From Amphiscolops sp. MND2022 (lineage: Eukaryota), in NCBI GenBank assembly GCA_964187785.1, contig OZ076409.1:30134001-30198000 (forward strand): a DNA stretch of 64,000 nucleotides, given 5' to 3'. The position numbers and the translations under genes are program-made. Under the pieces are notes generated by a model. That model made no database searches. It saw nothing but the letters and a program-made list of their open reading frames with translations, and had not been told where the DNA came from. Of this stretch, positions 25,601-41,161 are shown in pieces; the stretch's first letter is position 1, and each line of letters begins with the position of its first letter.

Positions 25601-28600
25601 CCATGTCCCACCATTTTTTAGTCTGATCTGCTAAACGATCAGATGGCATGGCACCGAAAGATTACAAGAAACTGCCATACAGTTTTGAGTGATGCTCCAT
25701 TGACTGTCCGTCCTCAGGAGGTTTCGACCGCCCAAGGTTCATTCCTGTCACCTGATTTTTAATCGAGAGGTCTGATGACGTGATACGCATCTTGACCAAG
25801 AATGACCTTGGCATCAGCCTTTGAGAATTTTATATCCGTCAAATCGGTCAAGTAATCATAGTTCATATTTGTAATGTCATAATTTTTGTCATCGACATTC
25901 AAATTTGGATGACTGCAGAATCTCAATTCCTCTCCCGCAATTTCTGTTTCGCTAGGACCAATTCTGATTGTAGCAATTTCGGTTATAATATCAGATAGCC
26001 CGCGAATTCCATGTACTGACATTACAGATTCTTTCCCTTTCAATTTCAAAAAGTCAACCGATGTTTGGTCCACAAACGATAGTGGAACCGGTATCACAGA
26101 CCTATCGTCTCAACGCGTCTTATTTCCGATTGAAGTTGGTAACAACTGTAAGAAACCACCACCTTCCGCTGTGAGCAGTGAAGAACTGCCGCCCCAGTTT
26201 TGAGACAGGGATTCTGCGGATTTCTTGTCCTTTTCTGTTTTGGTTTTGGGAGAGTCCAAATGCAAACTTGTTATGTTTCTTGGTGCATCCACTTACTCCA
26301 CAAACTCTTTCAGATTTACAGTCTTTCAGCAAATATGAGTTTGCGCAACAAAAGGAAAGTTTCATTTGCTTTAACGTTCCATATCTTTCATTAACAATTA
26401 GTTGTTTCACCATAGTACACTTTCAAAAATTCTCATAGAATCAAAAACTGAGGAAACAAAAGATAACACTACACGTTGAGTGATATTTTGTGGACTTTCT
26501 TCACTAGGTCCTCGGCATACTTGCAGACAATCTTTATCGAATATCCACTCCAGACATAGATGATTCTGCGTTAAGCGTGAATTCGTTCGCTTCTAATCGA
26601 CTGTCTACTGGTATTATTTGTAAAACTTCCGGACAGTTGCTAACCCATTTTTTCAAGGTGAACCACCTCGTTTGAGCGTTTTCACCAACTCTAGTAACAC
26701 GAGATATCAGGCTGGGGACTACCAACACTTTTAACAAGCTCGTCCATATAGAAGTTTCTTTCAATGGTTAACGGTGCTGAAGGAAAATCAACTTTCTTCT
26801 CTTCCGCCTTTTTGGAACCCGTACTTTACACAGGTTGGAGAACTTTTGCCCCGAACACGTGCCTGTTTTACTCAAACTCCAATATTGTCGTCATGATCAT
26901 CTCCCATGAAAACGAAATACTTTGCAATGTTCTTTGGCAACCGCTACTTGCAAAAACAGGGACTCAATATCAGCAGTTATTGCTGTTTGATTTTCATTAA
27001 ACCTGAAAACACTTACCTCTAAGTCGCGCAAGAAATGAAGTCCGCTGAGAAGTTTGTCATTCAGCGAAACGCTTTTGAACTTTGAAGCTTCATTACAAAC
27101 TCTTCTGACCTTGCCTGGCTTGTGTGGATGGTCGACAGGTGATGAGGTGAATACCACTGCATATCATTCTCTGTACTTACCACTTCGTTACAGTTTTCGT
27201 ACAAAATGATTTTCCAAGTCCTCAATCGTGGCTTTGTTAGCTTCTTTCAAATCTGGATCCTTGCCTAATCTTTTATCCATTGACAGAAACTGTTAGTACG
27301 CAGAATAATAGTTATTCGGAAGATTGGGATTGTCGTCGGCCCGAAGACGTCTGACTTCATAACGTTCGGCGTTATCCTGTGTTGTTTTTTCCAAGATCAC
27401 GTGAGATCTTTTCTCTTCCTTAGATCGTCCTGAGACATCACATACAGACGCATAAGTCTCCATGTCCCCTCATTTTTTAATCTGTTCTGCTAAAGGATCA
27501 GATGGCATGGCACCGAAAGATTACAAGAAACTGCCATACAGTTTTGGGTGATGCTCCATTGATTGTGCGTCCTCAAGAGGTTTCGACCGCCCAAGGTTCG
27601 TTCCTGTCACCTGATTTATATTCGAGAGGTCTGATGACGTGATACGCATCTTGACCAAGAATGACCTTGGTATCAGCCATTGAGATTTTTATATCCGTCA
27701 AGTCGGTTAAGTAAGCATAGTTCCTTCATAATTGTGAGTGATAATTTTTGTCACCGCCATCCAAGTTTAGATGACTGCAGAATATCAATTCCTCTCCCGC
27801 AGTTTCTGTTTCGCTAGGACCAATTCTGGTTGTAACAATTTCAGTTGTCATATCAAATAGCCCACAAATTCCAGATACTAACATTACAGATTCTTTCCCT
27901 TTAAATTTCAAAAGGTCAACCAATGTTTGGTCCACAAACGATACATTGGAACCGGTATCACAGAGACCTATCGTCTCAACGCTTCTTTTTTCATTTCCCA
28001 TTGAAATTGGGATGAATTTTAAGAAACACCACCTCCCGCTGTGAGCAGTGAATAACTGCCAGTCCTGTTTTGAGACAGGGATTCTTCGGATTTCTTGTCC
28101 TTTTCTGTTTTGGAAGAGTCCAAATGCAAAAGCTTGTTAGGTCTCTTTGTGCATCCACTTACTCCACAAACTTTCCGATTTACAGTCTTTCATCAAATGT
28201 GAGTTTGGACAACAACAGGAAAGTTTCAATTGCCTCAACGTTCCATATCTTTCATTAACACTTAGTTGTTTCACCATAGTGCACATCCAAAAATTCCCAT
28301 AGGATCAAAAACTGAGGAAACAAAAGATAACACTACACGTTGAGTGACATTTTGTGGACTTTCTTCGCTAGGTCCTCGACATACTTGCAGACAATCTTTA
28401 TTGAATATCCACTCCAGACATAGAATAGGAGATGATTCTGCGTTAAGCGTGAATTCGTTCGCTTCTAATAGATCTTCTACTGGGATTATTTGTAAAACTT
28501 CCGGACAGTTGCTTACTAATTTTTTCGAGGTGAACCACCACGTTTGAGCGTTTTCACCAACTCTAGTGACACGAGATATCAGACTGGGGACTACCAACAC

Positions 28601-28759
28601 TTTTAACATGCTCGTCCATATAGAAGTTTCTTTCAATGGTTAACGGTGCTAAAGGAAAATCAATTTTATTATCTTCCTCCTTGTTGGAACCCGTACTTTG
28701 CTTAGGTTGACGAATTTTTTGCCCCGAACACGTGCCTGTTATACTCAAAAACTCCAATA

Positions 28760-28932
28760 CAGTGGATCCCGGTGTTAATCAACGCCAGGGGACCGACTAT
28801 CGGTGTTTCTTATAATCGAACTTTTTTATATTGGGGTTTTTAAAGGAATGAAATTGCCAGTCGGGGCCAAGATACGCATTGACTATAAACGGGTATTCTT
28901 ATAAGCTAGTTTCTAATATCTGGGATACACTG
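28760..28932. mobile_element. Second copy of the 173-bp MITE at the same unit position
   Basis: Same termini, TA duplication and flanks as 16490-16662. Confidence 0.9.
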
Positions 28933-31900
28933 TATTGTCGTCATGATCATCTCGAATGAAAACGAAGTACTTTGCTATGTTCTTTGGCAACCGCTACTTG
29001 CAAAAACGGACTCAATATCAGCAGTTATCGCTATTTGATTTTCTCTAAACCTGAAAACAATTCCCACCAAGTTGCGCAACAAATGAGGTCCTCTGAGAAG
29101 TTTTTAATTCAGCGAAACACTTTTGAACTTTGAAGCTGCATTACAAACTCTTCTGACCTTACCTGGCTTGTGTGGATGCTCGACAGGATGATGGATGAAT
29201 ACCATTGCATATCATTCCCTGTACTTACCACTTCGTTACAGTTTTCGTACAAAATGATTTTCCAAGTCCCAAATGGTGGCTTTGTTAGCTTCTTTCAAAT
29301 CTGTATCCTTGCCTAATCTTTTATCCGTTGACAGAAACTGTTGGTACGCAGAATAATGGTTATCCGGGAGATTGGGATTGTCGTCGGCCCGGAGACGTCC
29401 CACTTCATAACGTTCGCAGTTATGCCTTGTTGTGTTTTCGAAGATCACTTGAGCTCTTTTTTCTTCCTTAAATAGTCCTGAGACATCACGTACAGACGCG
29501 TAAGTCTCCATGTCCCACCATTTTTTAGTCTGATCTGCTAAAGGGTCAGATGGCATGGCACCGAAAGATTACAAGAAACTGCCATACAGTTTTGGGTGAT
29601 GCTCCATTGACTGTCTGTCCTCAGGAGGGTTCGCCCGCCAAGGTTCATTCCTTTCACCTGATTTATATTCGAGAGGTCTGATGACGTGATACGCATCTTG
29701 ACCAAGAATAACCTTGGTTTCAGCCATTGAGATTTTTACATCCGTCACATCGGCCAAGTAAGCATAGTTCATACTTGTGAAGTCATAATTTTTGTCATCG
29801 ACATTCAAATTTGAATGACTGCAGAATCTCAATTCCTCTCCCGCAATTTCTGTTTCGCTAGGACCAATTCTGATTGTAACAATTTCGGTTATCATATCAG
29901 ATAGCCCACGAATTCCATGTACTGACATTACAGATTCTTTCCCTTTCAATTTCAAAGGGTCAACCAAAGTTTGGTCCACAAACGATACAGTGGACCGGTA
30001 TCACAGACCTATCGTCTCAACGCGTCTTATTTCCGATTGAAATTGGTATCAATTGTAAAAAGCCACCACCTCCCGCTGTGAGCAGTGAAGAACTGCCGCC
30101 CCGGTTTTGAGACAGGGATTCTTCTGATTTTCTGTTCTGGTTTTGGGAGAGTCCAAATGCAAAAGCTTGTTATGTTTCTTAGTGCATTCACTTACTCCAC
30201 AAACTCTTTCAGATTTACAGTCTTTCAGCAAATATGAGTTTGCGCAACAAAAGGAAAGTTTCATTTGCCTCAATGTTCCATATCTTTCATTACCAATTAG
30301 TTGTTTCACCATAGTACACGTCCAAAAACTCCCATAGGATCAAAAACTGAAGAAACAAAAGATAACACTACACGTTGAGTGATATTTTGTGTACTTTCTT
30401 CGCTAGGTCCTCGGCATACTTGCAGACAATCTTTATCAAATATCCACTCCAGACATAGAATAGATTCTGCGTTAAGCGTGAATTCGTTCGCTTCTAATCG
30501 ATCGTCTACTGGTATTATTTGTAAAACTTCCGGACAGTTGCTAACCCATTTCTTCAATGTGAACCACCACGTTTGAGCGTTTCCACCCATTCTAGTAACA
30601 CGAAATAGCAGGCTGGAGACTACGAAAACTTTTAACAAGCTCATCCATATAGAAGTTTCTTTTAATGGTTAACGGTGCTGAAGGAAAATCAACTTTATTC
30701 TCTTCCGCTTTCTTGAAACCCGTACTTTGCACAGCTTGGAGATCTTTTTGCCCCGATCACGTTCCTGTTATACTCGAAAACTCCATTATTGTCGTCATGG
30801 TCATCTCCAATGACAACGGAGTACTTTGCAATGATCTCTGGCAACTGCTACTTGCAAAAACATGGACTCACTAGCAGCAGTTATTGCTGTTTGATTTTCG
30901 CTCAACCTGAAAACAATTACCACTAAGTTGCGCAAGAAACGAGGTCCGCTGAGAATTTTGTCATTCAGCGAAACGCTTTTGAACTTTGAAGCTTCATTAC
31001 AAACTCTTCTGACCTTGCCTGGCTTGTGTGGATGCTCGACAGGATGATGAGGTGAATACCATTGCATATCATTCTCTGTACTTACCACTTTGTTCCAGTT
31101 TCCGTTCGCCGTTCCGTTCCTTTGCACAGCTTGGAGATCTTTTTGCCCCGATCACGTTCCTGTTATACTCGAAAACTCCATTATTGTCGTCATGGTCATC
31201 TCCAATGACAACGGAGTACTTTGCAATGATCTCTGGCAACTGCTACTTGCAAAAACATGGACTCACTAGCAGCAGTTATTGCTGTTTGATTTTCGCTCAA
31301 CCTGAAAACAATTACCACTAAGTTGCGCAAGAAACGAGGTCCGCTGAGAATTTTGTCATTCAGCGAAACGCTTTTGAACTTTGAAGCTTCATTACAAACT
31401 CTTCTGACCTTGCCTGGCTTGTGTGGATGCTCGACAGGATGATGAGGTGAATACCATTGCATATCATTCTCTGTACTTACCACTTTGTTCCAGTTTCCGT
31501 TCGCCGTTATGCCGTGTTGTGTTTTCAAGATCACTTGAGCTCTTTCTTCCTTAGATTGTCCTGAGACATCACATACAGATGTACAGACTCGTAAGTCTCC
31601 ATGTCCCACCATTTTTTAGTCTGATCTGCTAAAGGATCAGATGGCATGGCACCCAAAGATTACAAGAAACTGCCATACAGTTTTGGGGGATGCTTCATTG
31701 ACTGTCCATCCTCAGGAGGTTGCGTATGCCCAAGGTTCATCCCTGTCACTTGACTTATATTCGAGAGGTCTGATGACATGATACGCATCTTGACCAAGAA
31801 TGACCTTGACATCAACTATTGAGATTTTTCTATCCGTCAAGTCGGTCAAGTAAGCATAGTTCCTTCATATTTTTTGAGTCATAATTTTTGTCACCGACAT

Positions 31901-34900
31901 TCAAGTTTAGATTACTGCAGCATGTAAATTCCTCTCCCGCAGTTTCCGTTTCGCTGGGACCAATTCTGGTTTTAACAATTTCGGTTTTCATATCAGTTAG
32001 CCCACGAATTCCAGGTACTGACATATACAGATTCTTTCCCTTTCAATTTCCTAAGGTCAACTAATGTTTGGTCCACAAACGATACAGTGGAACAGGTATC
32101 ACAGACACCTATCATCTCAACGCTTTTCTGCTTTCCGATTGAAATTGGTATTAATTGTAAGAAACCACCACCTCCCGCTGTGAGCAGTAAAGAACTGCCG
32201 GCCCTGTTCTGAGACAGGAAGTGTTCAAATTTCTTGTCATTTTCTGTTTTGGGAGAGTCCAAATGCAAAAGCTTGTTATGTTAGTGCATCCACTTACTCC
32301 ACAAACTCTTTTTGATTCACATTCTTTCATCTAGCCCATTTCTTCAATGTGAACCACCACGTTTGAGCGTTTCCACCCACTCTAGTAACACGAAATAGCA
32401 GGCTGGAGACTACGAAAACTTTTAACAAGCTCATCCATATAGAAGTTTCTTTTAATGGTTAAAGGTGCTGAAGGAAAATCAACTTTATTCTCTTCCACTT
32501 TCTTGAAACCCGTACTTTGCACAGCTTGGAGATCTTTTTGCCCCGATCACGTTCCTGTTATACTCGAAAACTCCATTATTGTCGTCATGGTCATCTCCAA
32601 TGACAACGGAGTACTTTGCAATGATCTCTGGCAACTGCTACTTGCAAAAACATGGACTCACTAGCAGCAGTTATTGCTGTTTGATTTTCGCTCAACCTGA
32701 AAACAATTACCACTAAGTTGCGCAAGAAACGAGGTCCGCTGAGAATTTTGTCATTCAGCGAAACGCTTTTGAACTTTGAAGCTTCATTACAAACTCTTCT
32801 GACCTTGCCTGGCTTGTGTGGATGCTCGACAGGATGATGAGGTGAATACCATTGCATATCATTCTCTGTACTTACCACTTTGTTCCAGTTTCCGTTCGCC
32901 GTTATGCCGTGTTGTGTTTTCAAGATCACTTGAGCTCTTTCTTCCTTAGATTGTCCTGAGACATCACATACAGATGTACAGACTCGTAAGTCTCCATGTC
33001 CCACCATTTTTTAGTCTGATCTGCTAAAGGATCAGATGGCATGGCACCCAAAGATTACAAGAAACTGCCATACAGTTTTGGGGGATGCTTCATTGACTGT
33101 CCATCCTCGGGAGGTTGCGTATGCCCAAGGTTCATCCCTGTCACTTGACTTATATTTGAGAGGTCTGATGACATGATACGCATCTTGACCAAGAATGACC
33201 TTGACATCAACTATTGAGATTTTTCTATCCGTCAAGTCGGTCAAGTAAGCATAGTTCCTTCATATTTGTGAGTCATAATTTTTGTCACCGACATTCAAGT
33301 TTAGATTATTGCAGCATGTAAATTCCTCTCCCGCAGTTTCCGTTTCGCTGGGACCAATTCTGGTTTTAACAATTTCGGTTTTCATATCAGTTAGCCCACG
33401 AATTCCAGGTACTGACATATACAGATTATTTCCCTTTCAAGTTCCTAAGGTCAACTAATGTTTGGTCCACAAACGATACAGTGGAACAGGTATCACAGAC
33501 ACCTATCATCTCAACGCTTTTCTGCTTTCCGATTGAAATTGGTATTAATTGTAAGAAACCACCACCTCCCGCTGTGAGCAGTAAAGAACTGCCGGCCCTG
33601 TTCTGAGACAGGAAGTGTTCAAATTTCTTGTCATTTTCTGTTTTGGGAGAGTCCAAATGCAAAAGCTTGTTATGTTAGTGCATCCACTTACTCCACAAAC
33701 TCTTTTTGATTCACATTCTTTCATCTAGCCCATTTCTTCAATGTGAACCACCACGTTTGAGCGTTTCCACCCACTCTAGTAACACGAAATAGCAGGCTGG
33801 AGACTACGAAAACTTTTAACAAGCTCATCCATATAGAGGTTTCTTTTAATGGTTAACGGTGCTGAAGGAAAATCAACTTTATTCTCTTCCGCTTTCTTGA
33901 AACCCGTACTTTGCACAGCTTGGAGATCTTTTTGCCCCGATCACGTGCCTGTTATACTCGAAAACTCCATTATTGTCGTCATGGTCATCTCCAATGACAA
34001 CAGAGTACTTTGCAATGATCTCTGGCAACTGCTACTTGCAAAAACATGGACTCAATAGCAGCAGTTATTGCTGTTTGATTTTCGCTAAACCTGAAAACAA
34101 TTACCACTAAGTTGCGCAAGAAACGAGGTCCGCTGAGAATTTTGTCATTCAGCGAAACGCTTTTGAACTTTGAAGCTTCATTACAAACTCTTCTGACCTT
34201 GCCTGGCTTGTGTGGATGCTCGACAGGATGATGAGGTGAATACCATCGCATATCATTCTCTGTACTTACCACTTTGTTCCAGTTTCCGTTCGCCGTTATG
34301 CCGTGTTGTGTTTTCAAGATCACTTGAGCTCTTTCTTCCTTAGATTGTCCTGAGACATCACATACAGATGTACAGACTCGTAAGTCTCCATGTCCCACCA
34401 TTTTTTAGTCTGATCTGCTAAAGGATCAGATGGCATGGCACCCAAAGATTACAAGAAACTGCCATACAGTTTTGGGGGATGCTCCATTGACTGTCCATCC
34501 TCAGGAGGTTGCGTATGCCCAAGGTTCATCCCTGTCACTTGACTTATATTCGAGAGGTCTGATGACATGATACGCATCTTGACCAAGAATGACCTTGACA
34601 TCAACTATTGAGATTTTTATATCCGTCAAGTCGGTCAAGTAAGCATAGTTCCTTCATAATTGTGAGTCATAATTTTTGTCACCGACATTCAAGGTTAGAT
34701 GACTGCAGAATGTAAATTCCTCTCCCGCAGTTTCCGTTTCGCTGGGACCAATTCTGGTTTTAACAATTTCGGTTTTCATATCAGTTAGCCCACGAATTCC
34801 AGGTACTGACATATACAGATTCTTTCCCTTTCAATTTCCTAAGGTCAACTAATGTTTGGTCCACAAACGATACAGTGGAACAGGTATCACAGACACCTAT

Positions 34901-37900
34901 CATCTCAACGCTTTTCTGCTTTCCGATTGAAATTGGTATTAATTGTAAGAAACCACCACCTCCCGCTGTGAGCAGTAAAGAACTGCCGGCCCTGTTTTGA
35001 GACAGGAATTGTTCAAATTTCTTGTCCTTTTCTGTTTTGGGAGAGTCCAAATGCAAAAGCTTATAATAGTGCATCCACTTCGCAAACTCTTTTTGATTCA
35101 CATTCTTTCATCAAATGTGAGTTTGAGCAACGAAAGCAAAACTTTAATTTCTTCAACGTTCCAAATCTTTCATTACCACTTAGTTGTTTCAACGTAATAC
35201 ACATCAAAAAATTTCCTCAAATATCAAGAACTCGGCATACTCGCAGACAATCTTTATTGAATATCCACTCCAGACATAGAAAAGGAGATGATTCTGCGTT
35301 AAGCGTGAATTCGTTCGCTTCTATTCGATCTTCTACTGGGATTCTTTGTAAAATTCCGGACAGTTGCTAGCCCATTTATTCAATGTGAACCAACAAGTTT
35401 GAGCGTTTTCACCCACTCTAGTAACACGAAATAGCAGGCTGGGGACTACGAAAACTTTTAACAAGCTCGTCCATATAGAAGGTTCTTTCAATGGTTAACG
35501 GTGCTGAAGGAAAATCAACTCTATTCTCTTCCGCCTTCTTGGAACCCGTACTTTGCACAGGTTGGAGAACTTTTTGACCAGAGCACGTGCCTGTTGTACT
35601 CGAAAACTCCACTATTGTCGTCATGGTCATCTCCAATGACAACGAAAAACTTTGCAATGATCTTCGGCAACTGCTACTTGCAAAAACATGCACTCAATAG
35701 CAGCAGTTATTGCTATTTGATTTTCGCTAAACCTGAAAACAATTACCACTAAGTTGCGCAAGAAATGAGGTCCGCTGAGAAGTTTGTCATTCAGCGAAAC
35801 GCTTTTGAACTTTGAAACTTCATTACAAACTCTTCTGACCTTGCCTGGCTTGTGTGGATGCTCGACAGGATGATGAGGTGAATACCATTGCATATCATTC
35901 TATGTACTTACCACTTTGCTACACTTTTCGTACAAAATGATTTTCCAAGTCCTCAATGGTGGCTTTGTTAGCTTCTTTCAAATCTGGATCCTTGCCTAAT
36001 CTTTTATCCATTGACAGAAACTGTTAGTACGCAGAATAATAGTTATTCGGAAGATTGGGATTGTCGTCGGCCCGGAGACGTCGCACTTCATAACGTTTGC
36101 CGTTATGCCGTGTTGCGTTTTCAAAATGACTTGAGCTCTTTCTTCCTTAGATTGTCCTGAGACATCACATACAGGCGTACAGACTCGTAAGTCTCCATGT
36201 CCCACCATTTTTTAGTCTGATCTGCTAAAGGATCGGATGGCATGGCACCCAAAGATTACAAGGAACTGCCATACAGTTTTTGGGGGATGCTCCAATGACT
36301 TTCCATCCTCAGGAGGTTGCGTATGCCCAAGGTTCATCCCTGTCACTTGACTTATATTCGAGAGGTCTGATGACATGATACGCATCTTGACCAAGAATGA
36401 CCTTGACATCAACTATTGAGATTTTTATCTCTGTCAAGTCGGTCAAGTAAGCATAGTTCCTTCATATTTGTGAGTCATAATTTTTGTCACCGACATTCAA
36501 GTTTAGATTACTGCAGCATGTAAATTCCTCTCCCGCAGTTTCCGTTTCGCTGGGACCAATTCTGGTTTTAACAATTTCGGTTTTCATATCAGTTAGCCCA
36601 CGAATTCCAGGTACTGACATATACAGATTCTTTCCCTTTCAACTTCCTAAGGTCAACTAATGTTTGGTCCACAAACGATACAGTGGAACAGGTATCACAG
36701 ACACCTATCATCTCAACGCTTTTCTGCTTTCCGATTGAAATTGGTATTAATTGTAAGAAACCACCACCTCCCGCTGTGAGCAGTAAAGAACTGCCGGCCC
36801 TGTTTTGAGACAGGAATTGTTCAAATTTCTTGTCCTTTTCTGTTTTGGGAGAGTCCAAATGCAAAAGCTTATAATAGTGCATCCACTTCGCAAACTCTTT
36901 TTGATTCACATTCTTTCATCAAATGTGAGTTTGAGCAACGAAAGCAAAACTTTAATTTCTTCAACGTTCCAAATCTTTCATTACCACTTAGTTGTTTCAA
37001 CATAATACACATCAAAAAATTTCCTCAAATATCAAGAACTGAGGAAACAAAAGATAATACACGTTGAGTGATATTTTGCGGACTTTTTTTGCTAGGTCCT
37101 CGGCATACTCGCAGACAATCTTTATTGAATATCCACTCCAGACATAGAAAGGGAGATGATTCTGCGTTAAGCGTGAATTCGTTCGCTTCTATTCGATCTT
37201 CTACTGGGATTCTTTGTGAAATTCCGGACAGTTGCTAGCCCATTTATTCAATGTGAACCAACAAGTTTGAGCGTTTTCACCCACTCTAGTAACACGAAAT
37301 AGCAGGCTGGGGACTACGAAAACTTTTAACAAGCTCGTCCATATAGAAGGTTCTTTCAATGGTTAACGGTGCTGAAGGAAAATCAACTCTATTCTCTTCC
37401 GCCTTCTTGGAACCCGTACTTTGCACAGGTTGGAGAACTTTTTGACCAGAGCACGTGCCTGTTGTACTCGAAAACTCCACTATTGTCGTCATGGTCATCT
37501 CCAATGACAACGAAAAACTTTGCAATGATCTTCGGCAACTGCTACTTGCAAAAACATGCACTCAATAGCAGCAGTTATTGCTATTTGATTTTCGCTAAAC
37601 CTGAAAACAATTACCACTAAGTTGCGCAAGAAATGAGGTCCGCTGAGAAGTTTGTCATTCAGCGAAACGCTTTTGAACTTTGAAACTTCATTACAAACTC
37701 TTCTGACCTTGCCTGGCTTGTGTGGATGCTCGACAGGATGATGAGGTGAATACCATTGCATATCATTCTATGTACTTACCACTTTGCTACACTTTTCGTA
37801 CAAAATGATTTTCCAAGTCCTCAATGGTGGCTTTGTTAGCTTCTTTCAAATCTGGATCCTTGCCTAATCTTTTATCCATTGACAGAAACTGTTAGTACGC

Positions 37901-40900
37901 AGAATAATAGTTATTCGGAAGATTGGGATTGTCGTCGGCCCGGAGACGTCGCACTTCATAACGTTTGCCGTTATGCCGTGTTGCGTTTTCAAAATGACTT
38001 GAGCTCTTTCTTCCTTAGATTGTCCTGAGACATCACATACAGGCGTACAGACTCGTAAGTCTCCATGTCCCACCATTTTTTAGTCTGATCTGCTAAAGGA
38101 TCGGATGGCATGGCACCCAAAGATTACAAGGAACTGCCATACAGTTTTTGGGGGATGCTCCAATGACTTTCCATCCTCAGGAGGTTGCGTATGCCCAAGG
38201 TTCATCCCTGTCACTTGACTTATATTCGAGAGGTCTGATGACATGATACGCATCTTGACCAAGAATGACCTTGACATCAACTATTGAGATTTTTATCTCT
38301 GTCAAGTCGGTCAAGTAAGCATAGTTCCTTCATATTTGTGAGTCATAATTTTTGTCACCGACATTCAAGTTTAGATTACTGCAGCATGTAAATTCCTCTC
38401 CCGCAGTTTCCGTTTCGCTGGGACCAATTCTGGTTTTAACAATTTCGGTTTTCATATCAGTTAGCCCACGAATTCCAGGTACTGACATATACAGATTCTT
38501 TCCCTTTCAACTTCCTAAGGTCAACTAATGTTTGGTCCACAAACGATACAGTGGAACAGGTATCACAGACACCTATCATCTCAACGCTTTTCTGCTTTCC
38601 GATTGAAATTGGTATTAATTGTAAGAAACCACCACCTCCCGCTGTGAGCAGTAAAGAACTGCCGGCCCTGTTCTGAGACAGGAAGTGTTCAAATTTCTTG
38701 TCATTTTCTGTTTTGGGAGAGTCCAAATGCAAAAGCTTGTTATGTTAGTGCATCCACTTACTCCACAAACTCTTTTTGATTCACATTCTTTCATCTAGCC
38801 CATTTCTTCAATGTGAACCACCACGTTTGAGCGTTTCCACCCACTCTAGTAACACGAAATAGCAGGCTGGAGACTACGAAAACTTTTAACAAGCTCATCC
38901 ATATGGAGGTTTCTTTTAATGGTTAACGGTGCTGAAGGAAAATCAACTTTATTCTCTTCCGCTTTCTTGAAACCCGTACTTTGCACAGCTTGGAGATCTT
39001 TTTGCCCCGATCACGTGCCTGTTATACTCGAAAACTCCATTATTGTCGTCATGGTCATCTCCAATGACAACAGAGTACTTTGCAATGATCTCTGGCAACT
39101 GCTACTTGCAAAAACATGGACTCAATAGCAGCAGTTATTGCTGTTTGATTTTCGCTAAACCTGAAAACAATTACCACTAAGTTGCGCAAGAAACGAGGTC
39201 CGCTGAGAATTTTGTCATTCAGCGAAACGCTTTTGAACTTTGAAGCTTCATTACAAACTCTTCTGACCTTGCCTGGCTTGTGTGGATGCTCGACAGGATG
39301 ATGAGGTGAATACCATCGCATATCATTCTCTGTACTTACCACTTTGTTCCAGTTTCCGTTCGCCGTTATGCCGTGTTGTGTTTTCAAGATCACTTGAGCT
39401 CTTTCTTCCTTAGATTGTCCTGAGACATCACATACAGATGTACAGACTCGTAAGTCTCCATGTCCCACCATTTTTTAGTCTGATCTGCTAAAGGATCAGA
39501 TGGCATGGCACCCAAAGATTACAAGAAACTGCCATACAGTTTTGGGGGATGCTCCATTGACTGTCCATCCTCAGGAGGTTGCGTATGCCCAAGGTTCATC
39601 CCTGTCACTTGACTTATATTCGAGAGGTCTGATGACATGATACGCATCTTGACCAAGAATGACCTTGACATCAACTATTGAGATTTTTATATCCGTCAAG
39701 TCGGTCAAGTAAGCATAGTTCCTTCATAATTGTGAGTCATAATTTTTGTCACCGACATTCAAGGTTAGATGACTGCAGAATGTAAATTCCTCTCCCGCAG
39801 TTTCCGTTTCGCTGGGACCAATTCTGGTTTTAACAATTTCGGTTTTCATATCAGTTAGCCCACGAATTCCAGGTACTGACATATACAGATTCTTTCCCTT
39901 TCAATTTCATAAGGTCAACCAATGTTTGGTCCACAAACGATACAGTGGAACCGGTATCACAGACACCTATCATCTCAACGCTTTTCTGCTTTCCGATTGA
40001 TATTGGTATTAATTGTAAGAAACCACCATCTCCCGCTGTGAGCAGTAAAGAACTGCCGGCCCTGTTTTGAGGCAGGGATTCTTCAAATTTCTTGTCCTTT
40101 CAATTTCAAGTTTCTTGTCCTTTCAATTTCTTTCTCTTTCAATTTCAAAAGGTCAACCAATGTTTGGTCCACAAACGATACATTGGAACCGGTATCACAG
40201 ACACCTATCATCTCAACGCTTTTCTGCTTTCCGATTGAAATTGGTATTAATTGTAAGAAACCACCATCTCCCGCTGTGAGCAGTAAAGAACTGCCGGCCC
40301 TGTTTTGAGACAGGGATTTTTCAAATTTCTTGTCCTTTTCTGTTTTGGGAGAGTCCAAATTCAAAAGCTTGTTATGTTAGTGCATCCACTTACTCCGCAA
40401 ACTCTTTGATTCACATTCTTTCATCAAATGTGAGTTTGAGAAACAAAAGCAAAATTTCAATTTCCTCAACGTTCCAAATCTTTCATTAACACTTAGTTGT
40501 TTCAACATAATACACATCCAAAAATTTGCTCAAGGATCAAAAACTGAGGAAACAAAAGATAATACACGTTGAGTGATATTTTGCGGACTTTTTTCGCTAG
40601 GTCCTCGACATACTTGCAGACAATCTTTATTGAATATCCACTCCAGACATAGAATAGATGATTCTGCGTTAAGCGTGAATTCGTTCGCTTCTATTCGATC
40701 TTCTACTGGGATTATTTGTAAAACTTCCGGACAGTTGCTAGCCCATTTATTCAATGTGAACCACCACGTTTGAGCGTTTTCACCCACACTAGTAACACGA
40801 ATTAGCAGGCTGGGGACTACGAAAACTTTTAACAAGCTCGTCCATATTCTTACTCATTCTCTGTACTTACCACTTTGTTCCAGTTTCCGTACAAAATGAT

Positions 40901-41161
40901 TTTTCAAGTCCTCAATGGTGGCTTTGTTAGCTTCTTTCAAATCTGGATCCTTGCCTAATCGTTTATCCTTTGACAGAAACTGTTGGTAACCAGAATAATA
41001 GTTATTCGGGAAATTGGGATTGTCGTCAACCCGGAGACGTCGCACGTCATAACGTTCGCCGTTATGCCGTGTTGTGTTTTCAAGATCACTTGAGCTCTTT
41101 TTTCTTCCTTAGATCGTCCTGAGACATCACATACAGACGCGTAAGTCTCCTTGTTCCACCA

